DNA of 64,000 nt from Nemertoderma westbladi (Eukaryota > Animalia > Xenacoelomorpha), in contig JAUCBJ010000168.1 of assembly GCA_032718475.1 (NCBI GenBank), positions 1 through 64,000 on the forward strand, read 5' to 3'. The translations under genes were made by a program, and so were the position numbers. Within the stretch, counting starts at the first letter, position 1. Every line of letters starts with the position of its first letter. Below are positions 34,401 through 44,726 of the stretch, piece after piece. The notes under the pieces were generated by a model that was not told the DNA's origin, ran no database searches, and saw only the letters and a program-made list of their open reading frames with translations.

Positions 34401-37362
34401 GACGTTCCTACAAGACTATACCATACCGAGGGTATACTTTCCTTTGCAAACCACCTTTCCTGCCGATTTAGAGCTTCACAGCTTTAGTGACGCTAGCAAG
34501 GATGGATTGGGGGTTACTTTATACCTTAGACGACAAGTGACATCGGACAGCTACGATGTATCTCTCGTTACTTCAAGGGCTAGAACAATGCCATTGAAGT
34601 ATATGACTGTACCTCGTGGGGAGCTGCAAGCCGGGACGATATCCACCGATATTGTCAGTCAAGTTCAACGCGAGCTGGAGGCTAACTTGAAGGTCACATA
34701 TTGGACGGATGCGACGTTGGTACTTTGGTACATAAACAACGAAACATTTGAGTTCAAGACTTTCGTAGCCAACAGACGGGCTGAAATATTAGACCGGTCG
34801 CTCAAACAAGATTGGCGTCACTGTCCAGGGAAGCTGAACCCAGCTGACATCGCGTCACGGGGGATGCAACCACTTGACTTTTGTAAACCGGACAATAAAT
34901 CCTTTTGGTTTAGAGGACCCGATTTCCTACAGCGACCATCAGACGAATGGCCACCGTTATTCGACGCGACAACCAACACCATACCAGAGGGTGCCGAGAT
35001 AAAACTCGACAAGGTTGTCAAGTCTAAAGCGAAAGCCAACGCCAAGGTCAAGAGGAAAAAAGGACGGACGAAATCTGATGACCTGGACGCCAGACCTGAC
35101 ATTACGCCAGACGTCTCGCCAGACACTCGACCAGACGCTTGTACGAATCCTTCGCCGGATGTTCCGTGGGAGATTTCACCAGACGTTTCGCCGGATTGTT
35201 CACCAGATTACTCGCCAGACTATTCACCAGAAGCGACACCAGATTGTTCTCCGGATTGTTCGCCAGATTGTTTGATGGAATTCTCGACAGAATGTCTACC
35301 GGACGTCTCACCAGACTTTCCACCAGACATCTCGACAGACTGTCCACCAGACTTTAGACCAGACTTTCTGACAGAGGTTACGCTAGACAGACTTTGGGAC
35401 CGACAACAAGACATTTCGCTGGATGTTCCGCGCTATGTCTCACCAGACGTCTCACCAAACTGTTCACCGGACGCTTCACCAGACTGTCTACTAGACACTC
35501 CATTAGAAGACCCATTGGAGCGGACCTTTAGAGACTTACCGAATTCGACTTCTTTGGACGACAAAGGTGTGGCCACAGGGATTACACTCCGCTCAAAGAA
35601 GGTACTTGACTTACCTACAGGTAAACGTGTGACTAAGGTTAGGAAGCTTACAGGCTCACAGGAACACACTGACACTGTAGAGTTGAAACCATTACTGCCA
35701 GTCGACACATTAGGTGCGGACGGTAAAGGTAAGACCGTAGAGATTGACGTACTTGGGGACTCAGACAAACCTACCGGAAGGCCCGTGGGCCTACCAAGTC
35801 CAGACAAGTATCCACACTACGATTACACCTTACCCGATGACGTCACCAACACTTACGTTGACAGGATAGTGAACCTAACTAGATCATGGACTGACGCGTG
35901 CCGCAAGTTAGCATGGCTCAAACGATTGAGACAATATGCCAGAGGCAAACGCGACTTTCCTAGAAGACTTACCTTAAAGGAAATTGGCCACTGTGAAGTT
36001 GATATCATTCGACATTATCAATTGCGATATTTCGCACGAGAGTTCACAGCGATCAAACAAGGTAAACAGATTAAGTCTTCACCGATTTTGAGTTGGAGTC
36101 CGATTATTTACCGGGGCTTACTTTGTCACAAGTCCAGACTCCAAAACATCGACTTTGCACTTGACTTTAGGTATCCTATCATCATACCGCAACACCATGA
36201 ATTACAGCGCGCTATGATACTGGACGCACATGTACAACTCAAACACGTAGGTAGACACCACTGTCTATCACACTTACGCTCGAGGTTTGTACTGATTAGA
36301 CCTAGTAAGGCACTGAGTTCGGTAACACGGAACTGTATTATTTGTAAGAAGGTGCACGCGAGGATAGGACACCAAGAAATGAGTGAACTACCATTAGCGA
36401 GATTACAGGCATTTAGACCCCCTTTCACTGAGACAGGGATAGACTGTTTTGGACCCATAATCGCGAAACGCGGAAGGGTACAGGTAAAACGTTGGGGATT
36501 GATCTTCACTTGCATGGCCAGCAGAGCTGTCCATATAGAGCGAGTGACAGACTTGACCACCAATGCCTTTATCCTAGCCTTACGGCGATTTATCGCTAGA
36601 CGTGGATTGGTCAAATCCATATACTGCGACCAAGGGACAAACTTTGTGGGTGCACGGAACGAAATAACCAGAGCTTTGAGAAGATTGGACCAAAACCAGA
36701 TTTCCGAGGAACTACGTCCTCACCGTATTGTTTGGTTTTTCAATACTCCAGACAGTCCGTGGAGAGGCGGCGTTTGGGAAAGGCTGATTGGCTCAATAAA
36801 GACAGCTATGGCTAAAGTAGTACCGACGCAACACATTTTGACAGACGACCAACTGACGACGTTACTAATAGAAATCGAAGCAATCTTAAATACTAGACCG
36901 ATCGCTTTGATCCCAGACAATAACGACGTACAGTTTGCCTTGACACCAGCGCACCTGCTTATGCAGGCGCCGACGACACTGTTGCCCATTTCGGTACCCG
37001 TTGATAGTGACGGATACGGCAACAAGGCTTGGAAAATCACTCAATTGCTTGCAAATAAATTCTGGGAAATATGGCAGAAATATTATTTACCCTCTATTTC
37101 GACCAGAACCTCTTGGTATCTAAATACCCGATGTTTAAGACGTGGTGACCATGTTTTATTGGCTGAAGCTAATCTGAAAAGACGGTTTTGGCTGACTGGA
37201 GTCATTTTGACCACGCACCCTACATCTGGTGTAGTGAGGACAGTTACTGTAAAGACTATCGACGGACGTACCGTAGATAGGCCTGTACAACGTCTCGTGC
37301 TCCTTGAGGAGACTAGAAACGAGACAGGAGACTACAAATCTCCACCCAATATTAGTAAATAG
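28477..37362 (+). CDS. gag-pol: BEL/Pao Gag-Pol polyprotein (Gag, zinc knuckles, aspartic protease, RT, RNase H, integrase), 2961 aa
   Basis: Gag PKFSG...EKFNYL; knuckles CWRCMKPGHVRKDC and CSLCGRNHDALLH; protease ILDSASS; RT YYLPHH, KVRVVNDC, DVEAMFHQV, FYVDD; RNase H HSFSDAS, WTDAT, NPADIASRG; integrase HHCC, GIDCFGP, CDQGTNFVG, GGVWER. Domain order PR-RT-RH-IN. Confidence 0.97.
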   Translation: MSDTPHSTRYPPTDYDSCDPDRSTVDEPRRRTRDSADVTPLASPVPRTEIPEAAMRGDGRIEDFLTVPQTRSREPDMVSSTGSQENVIRSIGGHMAQITRNLGEGFRVLRELTAPMSRYEFYTLQVRIESRVHASVDKLRGLHELAELRGDNFTQVKIIDKLVSARESITQFKSVIRLAQQEQFDQLLGESVSDALLQPEEEEELYCLDGRLETLTNFLRRCGVPIDEPEVEPRGTTEVLTTEGSRAYQHPPLDRSFVSVRSNVGDVSRTASVITRQQQEVARRQQVAEEEAQHQMAQIAIEGERQHREDEARIAQLKAQAEFEASEMRRLEEDLAREAAADELARQAAADVLARQAAADELARKKAASNARAKLEARQINARLAIQEAELAAQQQDADRREREMQLQFELNRRSRETANAQADLELDARDRSIRSRTGHDLSALDRMEARYRGIQKRIEEGSVGAIDRGEEFVEDYCKRFPQVIPMLKPTTPIKPVFVTKPKEITPVRSTQGNRFVVTEIPQPRATSSPILAGNITSPPTVSRSLLVGREEPAFMTIKQVSKPLQVKPVTCCANPVIYRLTTKPDYFTRPLTQCSTQPTTSWKACEPTELRRRMDVGSTHGIGQRIARPTTSWKACEPTELRRAVDSGPPRTRSRIIRRTRTRQPPYPDDSDSSSDSESTEREIFRTGAAEDYKREERSTNPYIDNPPRETPQQKPTLQPAEAISTNRLAEIMRPVADRLAQIEERLEAQPSDRSRTSVELEQPRQHRPPRREQETRRTPTHREEDPVNNSYRRTTRGRERLDDATEQGRGQLDLVNEIAKFAARHGLPAQQPPKFSGNAKHWRTLVDYVESQIAKCAFTSTEKFNYLLQVLSGEPKRLAETFIGVHDAFELAYDRLYSIYGGNVAMAKSIIEDLCRGGNISKPIDLLRLADEIKNAIGTLRSIGQLEYANAPTVLIRIIGRLHHRLRREWRRIEYQREEAGGLLKLTDIYQLISREAVIETRSNYTDHHIAAEGIAISAPNRTKPLPTNAKAVTYATPTETSKVLTPIGTTQPRQQLPADFVGCSYCERNGRNHSGHKLRGCRAFKELGIEERRLQIRSLDSCWRCMKPGHVRKDCPSDDTCSLCGRNHDALLHTTSHTPTRCFRQEHPDKAARCYALYKERAPHEIRTFYTDCMDQSGSSDEDEEEDDTFYMHAGEEQPSITLLTQNQLKGFSVIPIKITGTRGSKRIYAILDSASSHSYVDEQVADVVTDMSQGKTAQYTVSSMHGKRAIPVTRVKLTLDTLLSKAEHSKEERSLLPVRNLTFAATKDFSNLLGPVPEQSPEDRKYFRHLGIPECPVNYRSIAMLIGTDQFNLHQVWETHPSVITAGNPYACRTPIGWYTRAPIRSLEVSDQEDDVLSTCSLLTNTIDNSPSHSCGPIVRTTLRQTCVTNADATDTDVTDLDMTIRTSDLQLLAVDQVVLTTEDQRVVAVDDSMNEDFGRLASLPKNPKVIDPTHQASTPVVDLGRLASLPTDQKVVKPPHDDSTPTSDTGRLASLPDTLTLATAADEDVDEDHGAVQAALDRLLTERTIQWLEQDSAEPGSYETAMSEQEKRSLNIMRDTIRQTANGHYEVGMLWRNGQPKLVNNYPLALRRLKSIRQRLLRDETAHMQYNAQLQTYLQKGYAIRMLNPEVTTDQTYYLPHHFVRHPDKPGKVRVVNDCAALYQGMSMNSELMDGPNMNNYLMGVLMRFRQRKVAFTCDVEAMFHQVKALERDRDSLRFLWYPDGNLQLPPETYQMQVRVFGARDSPNCTMYALNQTALDRRDQFDPEVVRTVERDFYVDDGLKSCDTLERATTVAHQLQDCLAEGGFHLTKFASNEPELVNSFDPTDRSGGDLDLDLEPLPTTKVLGLSWDPNTDNFRVRVRSNDQTRPLTKRTCLSTMSRLYDPLCFISPVILHARIILRSIWQAGLEWDDPIPEKLAERWRDWEAQLTFLQDYTIPRVYFPLQTTFPADLELHSFSDASKDGLGVTLYLRRQVTSDSYDVSLVTSRARTMPLKYMTVPRGELQAGTISTDIVSQVQRELEANLKVTYWTDATLVLWYINNETFEFKTFVANRRAEILDRSLKQDWRHCPGKLNPADIASRGMQPLDFCKPDNKSFWFRGPDFLQRPSDEWPPLFDATTNTIPEGAEIKLDKVVKSKAKANAKVKRKKGRTKSDDLDARPDITPDVSPDTRPDACTNPSPDVPWEISPDVSPDCSPDYSPDYSPEATPDCSPDCSPDCLMEFSTECLPDVSPDFPPDISTDCPPDFRPDFLTEVTLDRLWDRQQDISLDVPRYVSPDVSPNCSPDASPDCLLDTPLEDPLERTFRDLPNSTSLDDKGVATGITLRSKKVLDLPTGKRVTKVRKLTGSQEHTDTVELKPLLPVDTLGADGKGKTVEIDVLGDSDKPTGRPVGLPSPDKYPHYDYTLPDDVTNTYVDRIVNLTRSWTDACRKLAWLKRLRQYARGKRDFPRRLTLKEIGHCEVDIIRHYQLRYFAREFTAIKQGKQIKSSPILSWSPIIYRGLLCHKSRLQNIDFALDFRYPIIIPQHHELQRAMILDAHVQLKHVGRHHCLSHLRSRFVLIRPSKALSSVTRNCIICKKVHARIGHQEMSELPLARLQAFRPPFTETGIDCFGPIIAKRGRVQVKRWGLIFTCMASRAVHIERVTDLTTNAFILALRRFIARRGLVKSIYCDQGTNFVGARNEITRALRRLDQNQISEELRPHRIVWFFNTPDSPWRGGVWERLIGSIKTAMAKVVPTQHILTDDQLTTLLIEIEAILNTRPIALIPDNNDVQFALTPAHLLMQAPTTLLPISVPVDSDGYGNKAWKITQLLANKFWEIWQKYYLPSISTRTSWYLNTRCLRRGDHVLLAEANLKRRFWLTGVILTTHPTSGVVRTVTVKTIDGRTVDRPVQRLVLLEETRNETGDYKSPPNISK

Positions 37363-38057
37363 ATGTGGGACCTTTGTTGGCCGCCACATAGACCTACTGT
37401 ATTTTAGTTATTTGTATTTGTATTACTGTACGTGCATTTGTAATCCTCTTCACTGTAGATAGAGACAGCGGTGGAATTCCATTGTCTTTATACGTGAACA
37501 TGGAGGGTAGTACCCTTATGTATCACATAGGAGCGGGATTGTGTGTACAGTAGGAATGGAATTCCACTTGGAACCCACAAGTGAGACATTTTTCAAAAAT
37601 TATTAGACAAATCCATTTATTTGGATTTAAATTTAAGAAAAACGATTCTCCAGTGAAAGCAAATTCTAGAATACAGCTAGATAAAATTAAATTGGGGAGG
37701 ACAAGAGCGGATGGAAGGCTTGCGAGCCTACCGATAAATTTTTTTTGGAAAAAGAAAATCGGCCTTGTTCTACGTAGTCGTGTCTACTATTATTTAGACC
37801 AATTAATTCTCGACTGCACTATTTTTCTTGGGAAACGTAGTTTGGGAAATTAAAAGGTGAGTATTTTAGACTCGCGGCTAGTTTACCCGGAATTCGTTTT
37901 TTTTTTATCGGCATTTTTTGGATTAGGAGCCAGTGCGAAATCACGCGAACCCGAAGTCATTAGGCAAATGGGTTGGGGTTTAGAGCAAAGTTGAGCCAAA
38001 AGCCGACAAACTCTAAGTCTCCTCACATCTAACCTCTGTTTGTGCTTCCTCTAGTAG

Positions 38058-38402
38058 AAACACTTATCAGGAATCCACGCAGGAATAGGAGCACCAGGCG
38101 CCGTTCAACCGATATGGGGCCAAAACTTTAACCTGTTTGGAGTGGAGAGTATGGCTAGGAGTACAGCCAAGCTTGCTAAATCCAAGGCGGATCCAAACAT
38201 CACGCGACAGCGATTGGACGCTCATAACAAAAGAGCGGAGGAGTTACGCGCGGAGTTCAAAGCGTTGTACACCTACGATGCGTTATGCGACGCCAGCGAC
38301 GTTTGCGAGAACCCCGAACCGATATTAGCGCGTTGCCCAAACCACCAAAGTCTGCGTTACCAAGAAGGCGGTCGTTTCATCTCCCGTTGTCCCCTTTCCT
38401 AG
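38058..38402 (+). CDS. Putative accessory exon/ORF2 of element C
   Basis: A 114-codon open frame follows a branch point (CTAAC 38029-38033), a pyrimidine tract and TAGTAG (38052-38057). No recognisable domain. Confidence 0.4.
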   Translation, partial: KHLSGIHAGIGAPGAVQPIWGQNFNLFGVESMARSTAKLAKSKADPNITRQRLDAHNKRAEELRAEFKALYTYDALCDASDVCENPEPILARCPNHQSLRYQEGGRFISRCPLS

Positions 38403-39150
38403 CGTTTTGGAACCACCGACAACTCGACGCCGAAGTCCGAGCCCAGTTCGACCTCGACCACCACCCAATCGCAATAGAGGACGTGGACGAGCCCGGTCGG
38501 CCAAGGAATAGGAAAGCGAGAAGAAAGGATATTATATTCAGATATTATATTTGGATGTTATATTGGATATTTATATTGGATATTTTATATTTGGATATTA
38601 TATTTGGGTATTTATATCGGACGTTGGGTTTGGAAGAACGAGATATGGAAAGGAAGGCTTGCGAGCCTACCGTTAGCAATTAGTGCTCAGGAGGAGATAT
38701 CCAGACCAGCAGGACGAACTTTTCAGATCGTCAGGAGGACACGTTAAGACTTATTTGAAAGGATTTTAGCACATTATGTTTATTTTATATTTGAACTGAT
38801 TTAATTTGGTGAAGGTTTATTATGTATATTTACAATATATAAAGATTTATCGAAAGAGTTACAATTATTTGTTCGATTTGTTTTGATTTATTTGTTCTGA
38901 TTTGTTTAATTTGCTTACCTTGATAACCGAAAGCCTTTTTTGTATTTTAGGCACTAAAGTTAATTCGTAAATTTGTATTTGTATGTACGATCGATTGTAT
39001 TTACGCCGTATCTGCAATATTAAGTATGCAATAATTAGATAGTGATTATATTTTATATTTTAGGCCCTACCAGTAGATTTAGAAGTAGTTTGTAAATATT
39101 TTATATTTCGATTGGTGAAAACAGTCTTACTTACTGTTTTCATGGAGCGG

Positions 39151-41399
39151 TGATGAATTATTTCACTATAAGGTAGCATTTGTAGTTTAACTTTAACGTA
39201 AAAACTTTCGAAATCCGACGCATTTTGATTAAGTTACAGTAATGTAATATGCCTATTCATATTTGTACACATAAAACCCTTAGGTACTCTCGTGGCGTAG
39301 TGGTCAGATGGTTAAGGCGTTGGTTACATTACATAGGTTACGAGTTCGAATCCCAGTCGGGAAATTTGTATTTTGGGACCATTTATTTTCGTTTGGTGCT
39401 AATTGGTAGGCCAATGAGAAGCGTACAACGTAGCGAATGATGAGCCAGGCCAATCATAGGGCATAAATTATCTTATTGCTCAAATGTGAGGCAGTGGAAA
39501 ATTCTGTTAGGATTCCATGTCCCAGATTAGTGTAAGGGCCGGACTGCGTTGAACGATGAGCTGGGCCAATCATAGGGCACGAAGCACTTTATTGCTCAAA
39601 TGTGAAGCTGTGGAAAATTCTGTTTAGTTTCCATGTGCGATATTTAGTATAAAAGGCCGGTTTGCCTTCGGTTATCACTTACCCTTGCCCTTATACCCCT
39701 TATAATTCCTTATAACGTTATTAACACTCTTATTCTTGTAAAAATTAGTTTATTCGGTTTCTTGTTGAAACTTTATTTGATAAATCCCTTTGTAAAACTG
39801 TAAATATACTGCAAATTCCTGAACATGTTTTCTTTTGGTCCAACTTTGGGACAGCCAAACATCAGGGAGATGGCAGCCTAGACCGTTAGGCCGTAAGCAA
39901 CGCAGGGAAGAGATGTCCACAACACGCTAGCGCCCACATTGGATTGACCGCGCACCCCCTTTGCCCCTTCGAAATGCTCAACTTGCCATGCAGCGCCCGC
40001 TTTGTGAGAAGGTAAGACTTTGTTCGACGCCCTTGCCCGCCGTAAGACCTATAGATCAGGGTAAGCGTGACACCGTACTGGACGCCGCAAATTTAGGATC
40101 AAATAATTATATCCAGACAACACCCCCCCTTTGTCAGTCCTACGAACCCCTGGGTTAACCTGTACTTCCTACAGGTGCGAACTATTGCCATTCGTCAGTA
40201 CGCGAGTACATATTAGGTACGGAGGGCATATGTTCCATAATTTAGTGATTCGTAGCACTGACTGTTTGGTACCGGTTCGCTTTGTAGAACGTACATTAGT
40301 ACCCCCCCCCCCCCCTGTCTGGAGTTAGCTATTTGATCAGGCAAGGAGTATTTCTGCTACCGGCACACTGCTTGGCCTAGGGAGGTTTATTAATATCCTA
40401 CCGCGCCTTGCCACGTACTGATAGGTATTGCTGCTAACTACCGCAGCAACAAAGTTCTAGAATAAAATTAGTATACCAGATCAGCTAACGTACGGTAGCA
40501 ATTAACCCCTATTTCTTATCTTACAACCAGAATCTGGTATTAGTGCCGATCACGGGTGTAGTTACTAACACTGTGGTTGCCCATTGGGTTGTGGATAGGA
40601 AGGAGAGAGCTTTGACGTCATTTGTGAGTATAAAGTTCTACAAACGCGACTAGTTTATTTTAGTAGCTAGCGCACGGTATCATTTCGGTCAGAAAATCGC
40701 TAAAACCTAGTAAAAGGAATTACACAAAATTGTTTTATTTGTAACACACCCACACACACACGCCCTAAAACATATTGCCCTTAGAGTTCTACTAGCTATA
40801 GCGTACTATATATTATTTTAGGTAGAAATTATCTGTATTTGTAAAATTAGGATCTGATTTGATTGCGGCAAGATAGAGTATTTCACTTTCGTTACATTTA
40901 GGCTTGACCCTTTAGACTGATTTCGTACAGGGGGATCAGTTATCGTTACATTTAGGCACGACTTTAGGCTGATTTAGACAGGGGTAATCAGCATTGTTAC
41001 ACTAGGTCTGTTAACCACCTAGTTCGTATATAAACCATATAAATCACACCGCGGCAAGTTACTGTATTTAGGACTGTCAGCGATAGTTAGGATTCGCTGC
41101 GCGGGGATTGTTTTCCCGTGAGTTTGTTCTGTTACTGTAACTGTACATCTGCCTCACCGGTTAGAGGACAGGTATCCTTTTGTCTAGTACGTAGGCATTA
41201 GACCCGCTCACGTACATAGAATAGATACTAGGCTCTGTTCCTCGCCAGTAGTCGTTTGTGTATTGTATCTGTTTATTTAGATATCCTGGACTGGGATTTG
41301 TTGTCAGATACTGTACGAGCCCGTATACATTACTAGAGTCTCATAGTAAGATACATCGTTACTAGGATCTGGTAAGCGGTATACTACTGGACCCTTACA
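39151..41399 (+). repeat. 3' LTR of element C
   Basis: Near-identical to the 5' LTR (roughly ten differences by eye). Preceded by the short purine-rich tract GGAGCGG. Confidence 0.95.
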
Positions 41400-44300
41400 C
41401 TACTAACTCTAACTTCTAACTCTTACGGTACTATGTACCCTGCTACTCTCGTGGTATGTCAATATACCACACTCCCTAACTTCTAACCTCTGCCTCTTAT
41501 GGTACTACATACCCCTCTACTCCATGGTATGTTTATATACCACACTACCTAACTTCTAACCTCTATCTCTTACGGTACTACGTACCCCTCTACTCTCGTG
41601 GTATGTTTATATACCACACTCCCTAACTTGTAACGGTACTATGTACCCTGCTACTATGGTACTATGTACCCTTCTACTCTCGTGGTATGTTTATATACCA
41701 CACTCCCTAACTTGTAACGGTACTATGTACCCTGCTACTACGGTACTATGTACCCTTCTACTCTCGTGGTATATTTATATACCACACTCCCTAACTTCTA
41801 ACTTCTAACGGTACCGTGTACCCTGCTGCTGCTCACTACGTGGCGCCCTCAGTGCCCACAACTTTCTATAGTACTTGCTATGTACTTTACTGCTCCCCTA
41901 CACCTATTTCCTCTACCTCTACTTCTTCTACATATACTTCCTCTACATCTACTTACAGTATGTGTACATACCCCCCTTACTTCCTCACGTGATGCCCTCA
42001 GTGCCCACAGGTTTCTCACTTTCCATACTCTTTGGCTATGGTATGCGTACATACCCCCCCTCACTTTGTGCCCTCTCTACTACTCTACTACCTGGCACCC
42101 TTTGTGCCCACCTCTACTACTCTCTACGTGGCACCCTTTGTGCCCACCTCTACTACTCTCTACATGGCACCCTTTGTGCCCACCTCTACTACTATCTACA
42201 TAGCACCCTTTATGCCCATCTCTACTACTCTCTACACGGCACCCTTTGTGCCCACCTCTACTACTGCACCCCTCGACTATGGTTATATATACATGCTCCC
42301 CCTCAATTCCTTACGTGATGCCCTCAGTGCCGTCAAAGGTACGTATGCTAAATTACCCTAGGAGCTATGTTAACCTAGGTAATGTTTAACTACCTACACC
42401 TTCACGCATACACCTTGGCACGTCCGTACCCTTTTCTGTCCAACCTACTGGACCACTCAACAAACTATGGGCCATCCCTCCATCACGCACCTCTCCCATC
42501 TTCCCCCTCTGGCTCGTCCTACCTTCCCCCCACTCTCTTTGTCTAACCCTTCTTGTCTCTTGGGGCATTCTCTGCCCCCCCCCCCCTCTCGCCCTCCATC
42601 GGGTGCCACGGATCCCTTAACTCTCCGCGCACACTATCTGCCGACGCTCTATCATCTCGATTCCTGTTTGTTCTTGGTTGTTTATATTGCTTATCTGCAA
42701 TATCCCCCTCAACCGGGTATATGTTATGTCCTTGCATATTATAGTCATACTGGTGTGCAGGTACCGGTACAGGCCTATCCACCTCTTGCCTACCTACTGG
42801 TATGTATGCTGCGACTTCCGGATCTAATCCCGTTGTCCGCGCTATCCTATCGCCTGCACTATCTCTTCCAGCATGGCCTATAGTATGTGCAGTAAGGCCT
42901 ACAGTATGTCCTGCAGTCTGCCTGTGTCCCTCTGGACCGAAGTTTAATCTTCTCGAATATTCCTCCCCGCGACTACCGTACTCTCAATCGGCAGTTATGT
43001 ACCGTCGGGAAGTTTCTCTTCGATCCCCTCTCCTATTCTCATCCTCACACCGGTATATCCTGTACCCTTCTCCTGGTGTGTGGTATATCTTACCAGGCTG
43101 CGTCTTTCCGGGGCGATGGCAATCTCCCGGAGTTCGACCCCACTGATTCTCTAACTCCATCTCTACTACCGATGGTTCACTGTCCGTCCTTGCTCTCTGG
43201 TTGCTTGTAGCAACGCTTCTTCTATTCTCTTCGCTTCTTCTCTCTTCAGTGTAGCGATCCCGCTCGCGAGATCTCTCTTCGACCTCCCGGATAAACTCCA
43301 CTGTTCTTATTTCGTCTTCCAACTGGGCTCGACGTCCTGTCGCTCGCCCGCTCACGGCGCCAACCTGTCTCTCTTTACCCGGTTGGACGCTCCCGGGGAT
43401 ACTCACAACCCCCCTATTATTCTCCATCGTCAGGTGCCGCGGTTCACCTAGCTCGCCCCGCGCATTGTTCGCCGACGCTTGTGGGACATTCTCTGCCTCC
43501 CCCCCCTCTCGCCACTAATCTCTCGTGGTGGGGTGCCCGTAGCCCCCCCATTCGCCACCTCTTACTTCACTACCTCCTACTTTGCTTCTACGCCCCTCTC
43601 TAGTCGACGCACTATCTCTGCCCTGGCTGGGTCTATTCACCCCCGCCTCTCCCTGTGCGACTGCGTGGCCTTGCAGGCTCCCGTCGGATTGACTCACCCC
43701 CCTCATTGGGTTGGCTCACCCCCGCCTCTTCCTGCGTAACTACGTGGACTTGCAGGCTCTCGCTGGTCGGACCACCTGTCTCCCCTATGTTTGTATTAAT
43801 TGCACCGTTATTAACAATATTATTTTGATTAACTTCCCCAGGGTTGTTATCTAACGCAACATTATTATCTAAATTATTTAAATAATTTTGTTCCGAATTA
43901 GGGCTATTCTTTTGGAATATGTTGTACATTTAAATTAGAATTATTTGGATTATTTTGTACGTTTAAATTAGTATTATTATTTGGATTATTTTGTACGTTT
44001 AAATTAGAATTATTACTAACGGGCAAAATATTATTTCCTGCAACAAAGGTTTGATTAGGGTTGTCTATTACGGTACTATTAATATTAGCGCCCTCTAACA
44101 TATTATTATTATGACCCCCCGCCCATACGGTTACACCAGTTCTGGGTCTGTCATCCGGTGCCTGTAACTGGAGTATTAACAAACATTTCCATTACTTCTG
44201 GCTCCTCGTAAATACTGCCCGAACCGGCCTCACTCTCAGATAATCCCAACTTCGCCAGTTCTAACTGGCGCTTTTGCTTCACCTGGTATTGCATAAGCCC

Positions 44301-44726
44301 CCTTAACCGGGTATGCATATCATTCCGCATATGCTTTCCCGCTCTCTCTCTCTCTCTCTGTCCTCTCTCAAACTTTGGTCAGCCAACTCCATCTCTCTCG
44401 CTTCCCGCTCTCTACACTCGTTCTCTACTCTCACCTCCCACTCTCTACGTTCGTTCGTTTCTCTCTCTACCCTCGCTACCTCTCTCGCTTCTCGCTCTTT
44501 GCGCTCGTTCTTTATTCTCGTCTCCCACTCTTTACGCTCATTCTCTATTCTCGCCTCCCGTTTCTCGCGCTCTTTACGCTCACTCATCTCTCTTTCCTCC
44601 TGCTCCCTACAGTTTCTCGCCACCCTCTCGGCTCTCTCTCTACATTCCCTGGCTAACTCTCTCTCTCTCTCTCTCTCTAATATTGCGGTTCCCTCGTCCA
44701 ATTTTCTCTCGAACTCCTTCTGATCC

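Larger units (their letters stand above)
25517..41399 (+). mobile_element. Intact, young autonomous BEL/Pao LTR retrotransposon (element C)
   Basis: 2249-bp near-identical LTRs at 25517-27765 and 39151-41399 with TG..CA ends. TSD CTACT at 25512-25516 and 41400-41404. The empty site is preserved in the duplicate copy near 46913. Single uninterrupted polyprotein. Confidence 0.96.

Noticed and set aside
29202-38671. CRISPR-like interpretation of the repeated 20-nt palindrome and of the tandem arrays
   Set aside because: Spacing is irregular, copies lie within a coding region, the context is eukaryotic, and there are no cas genes.
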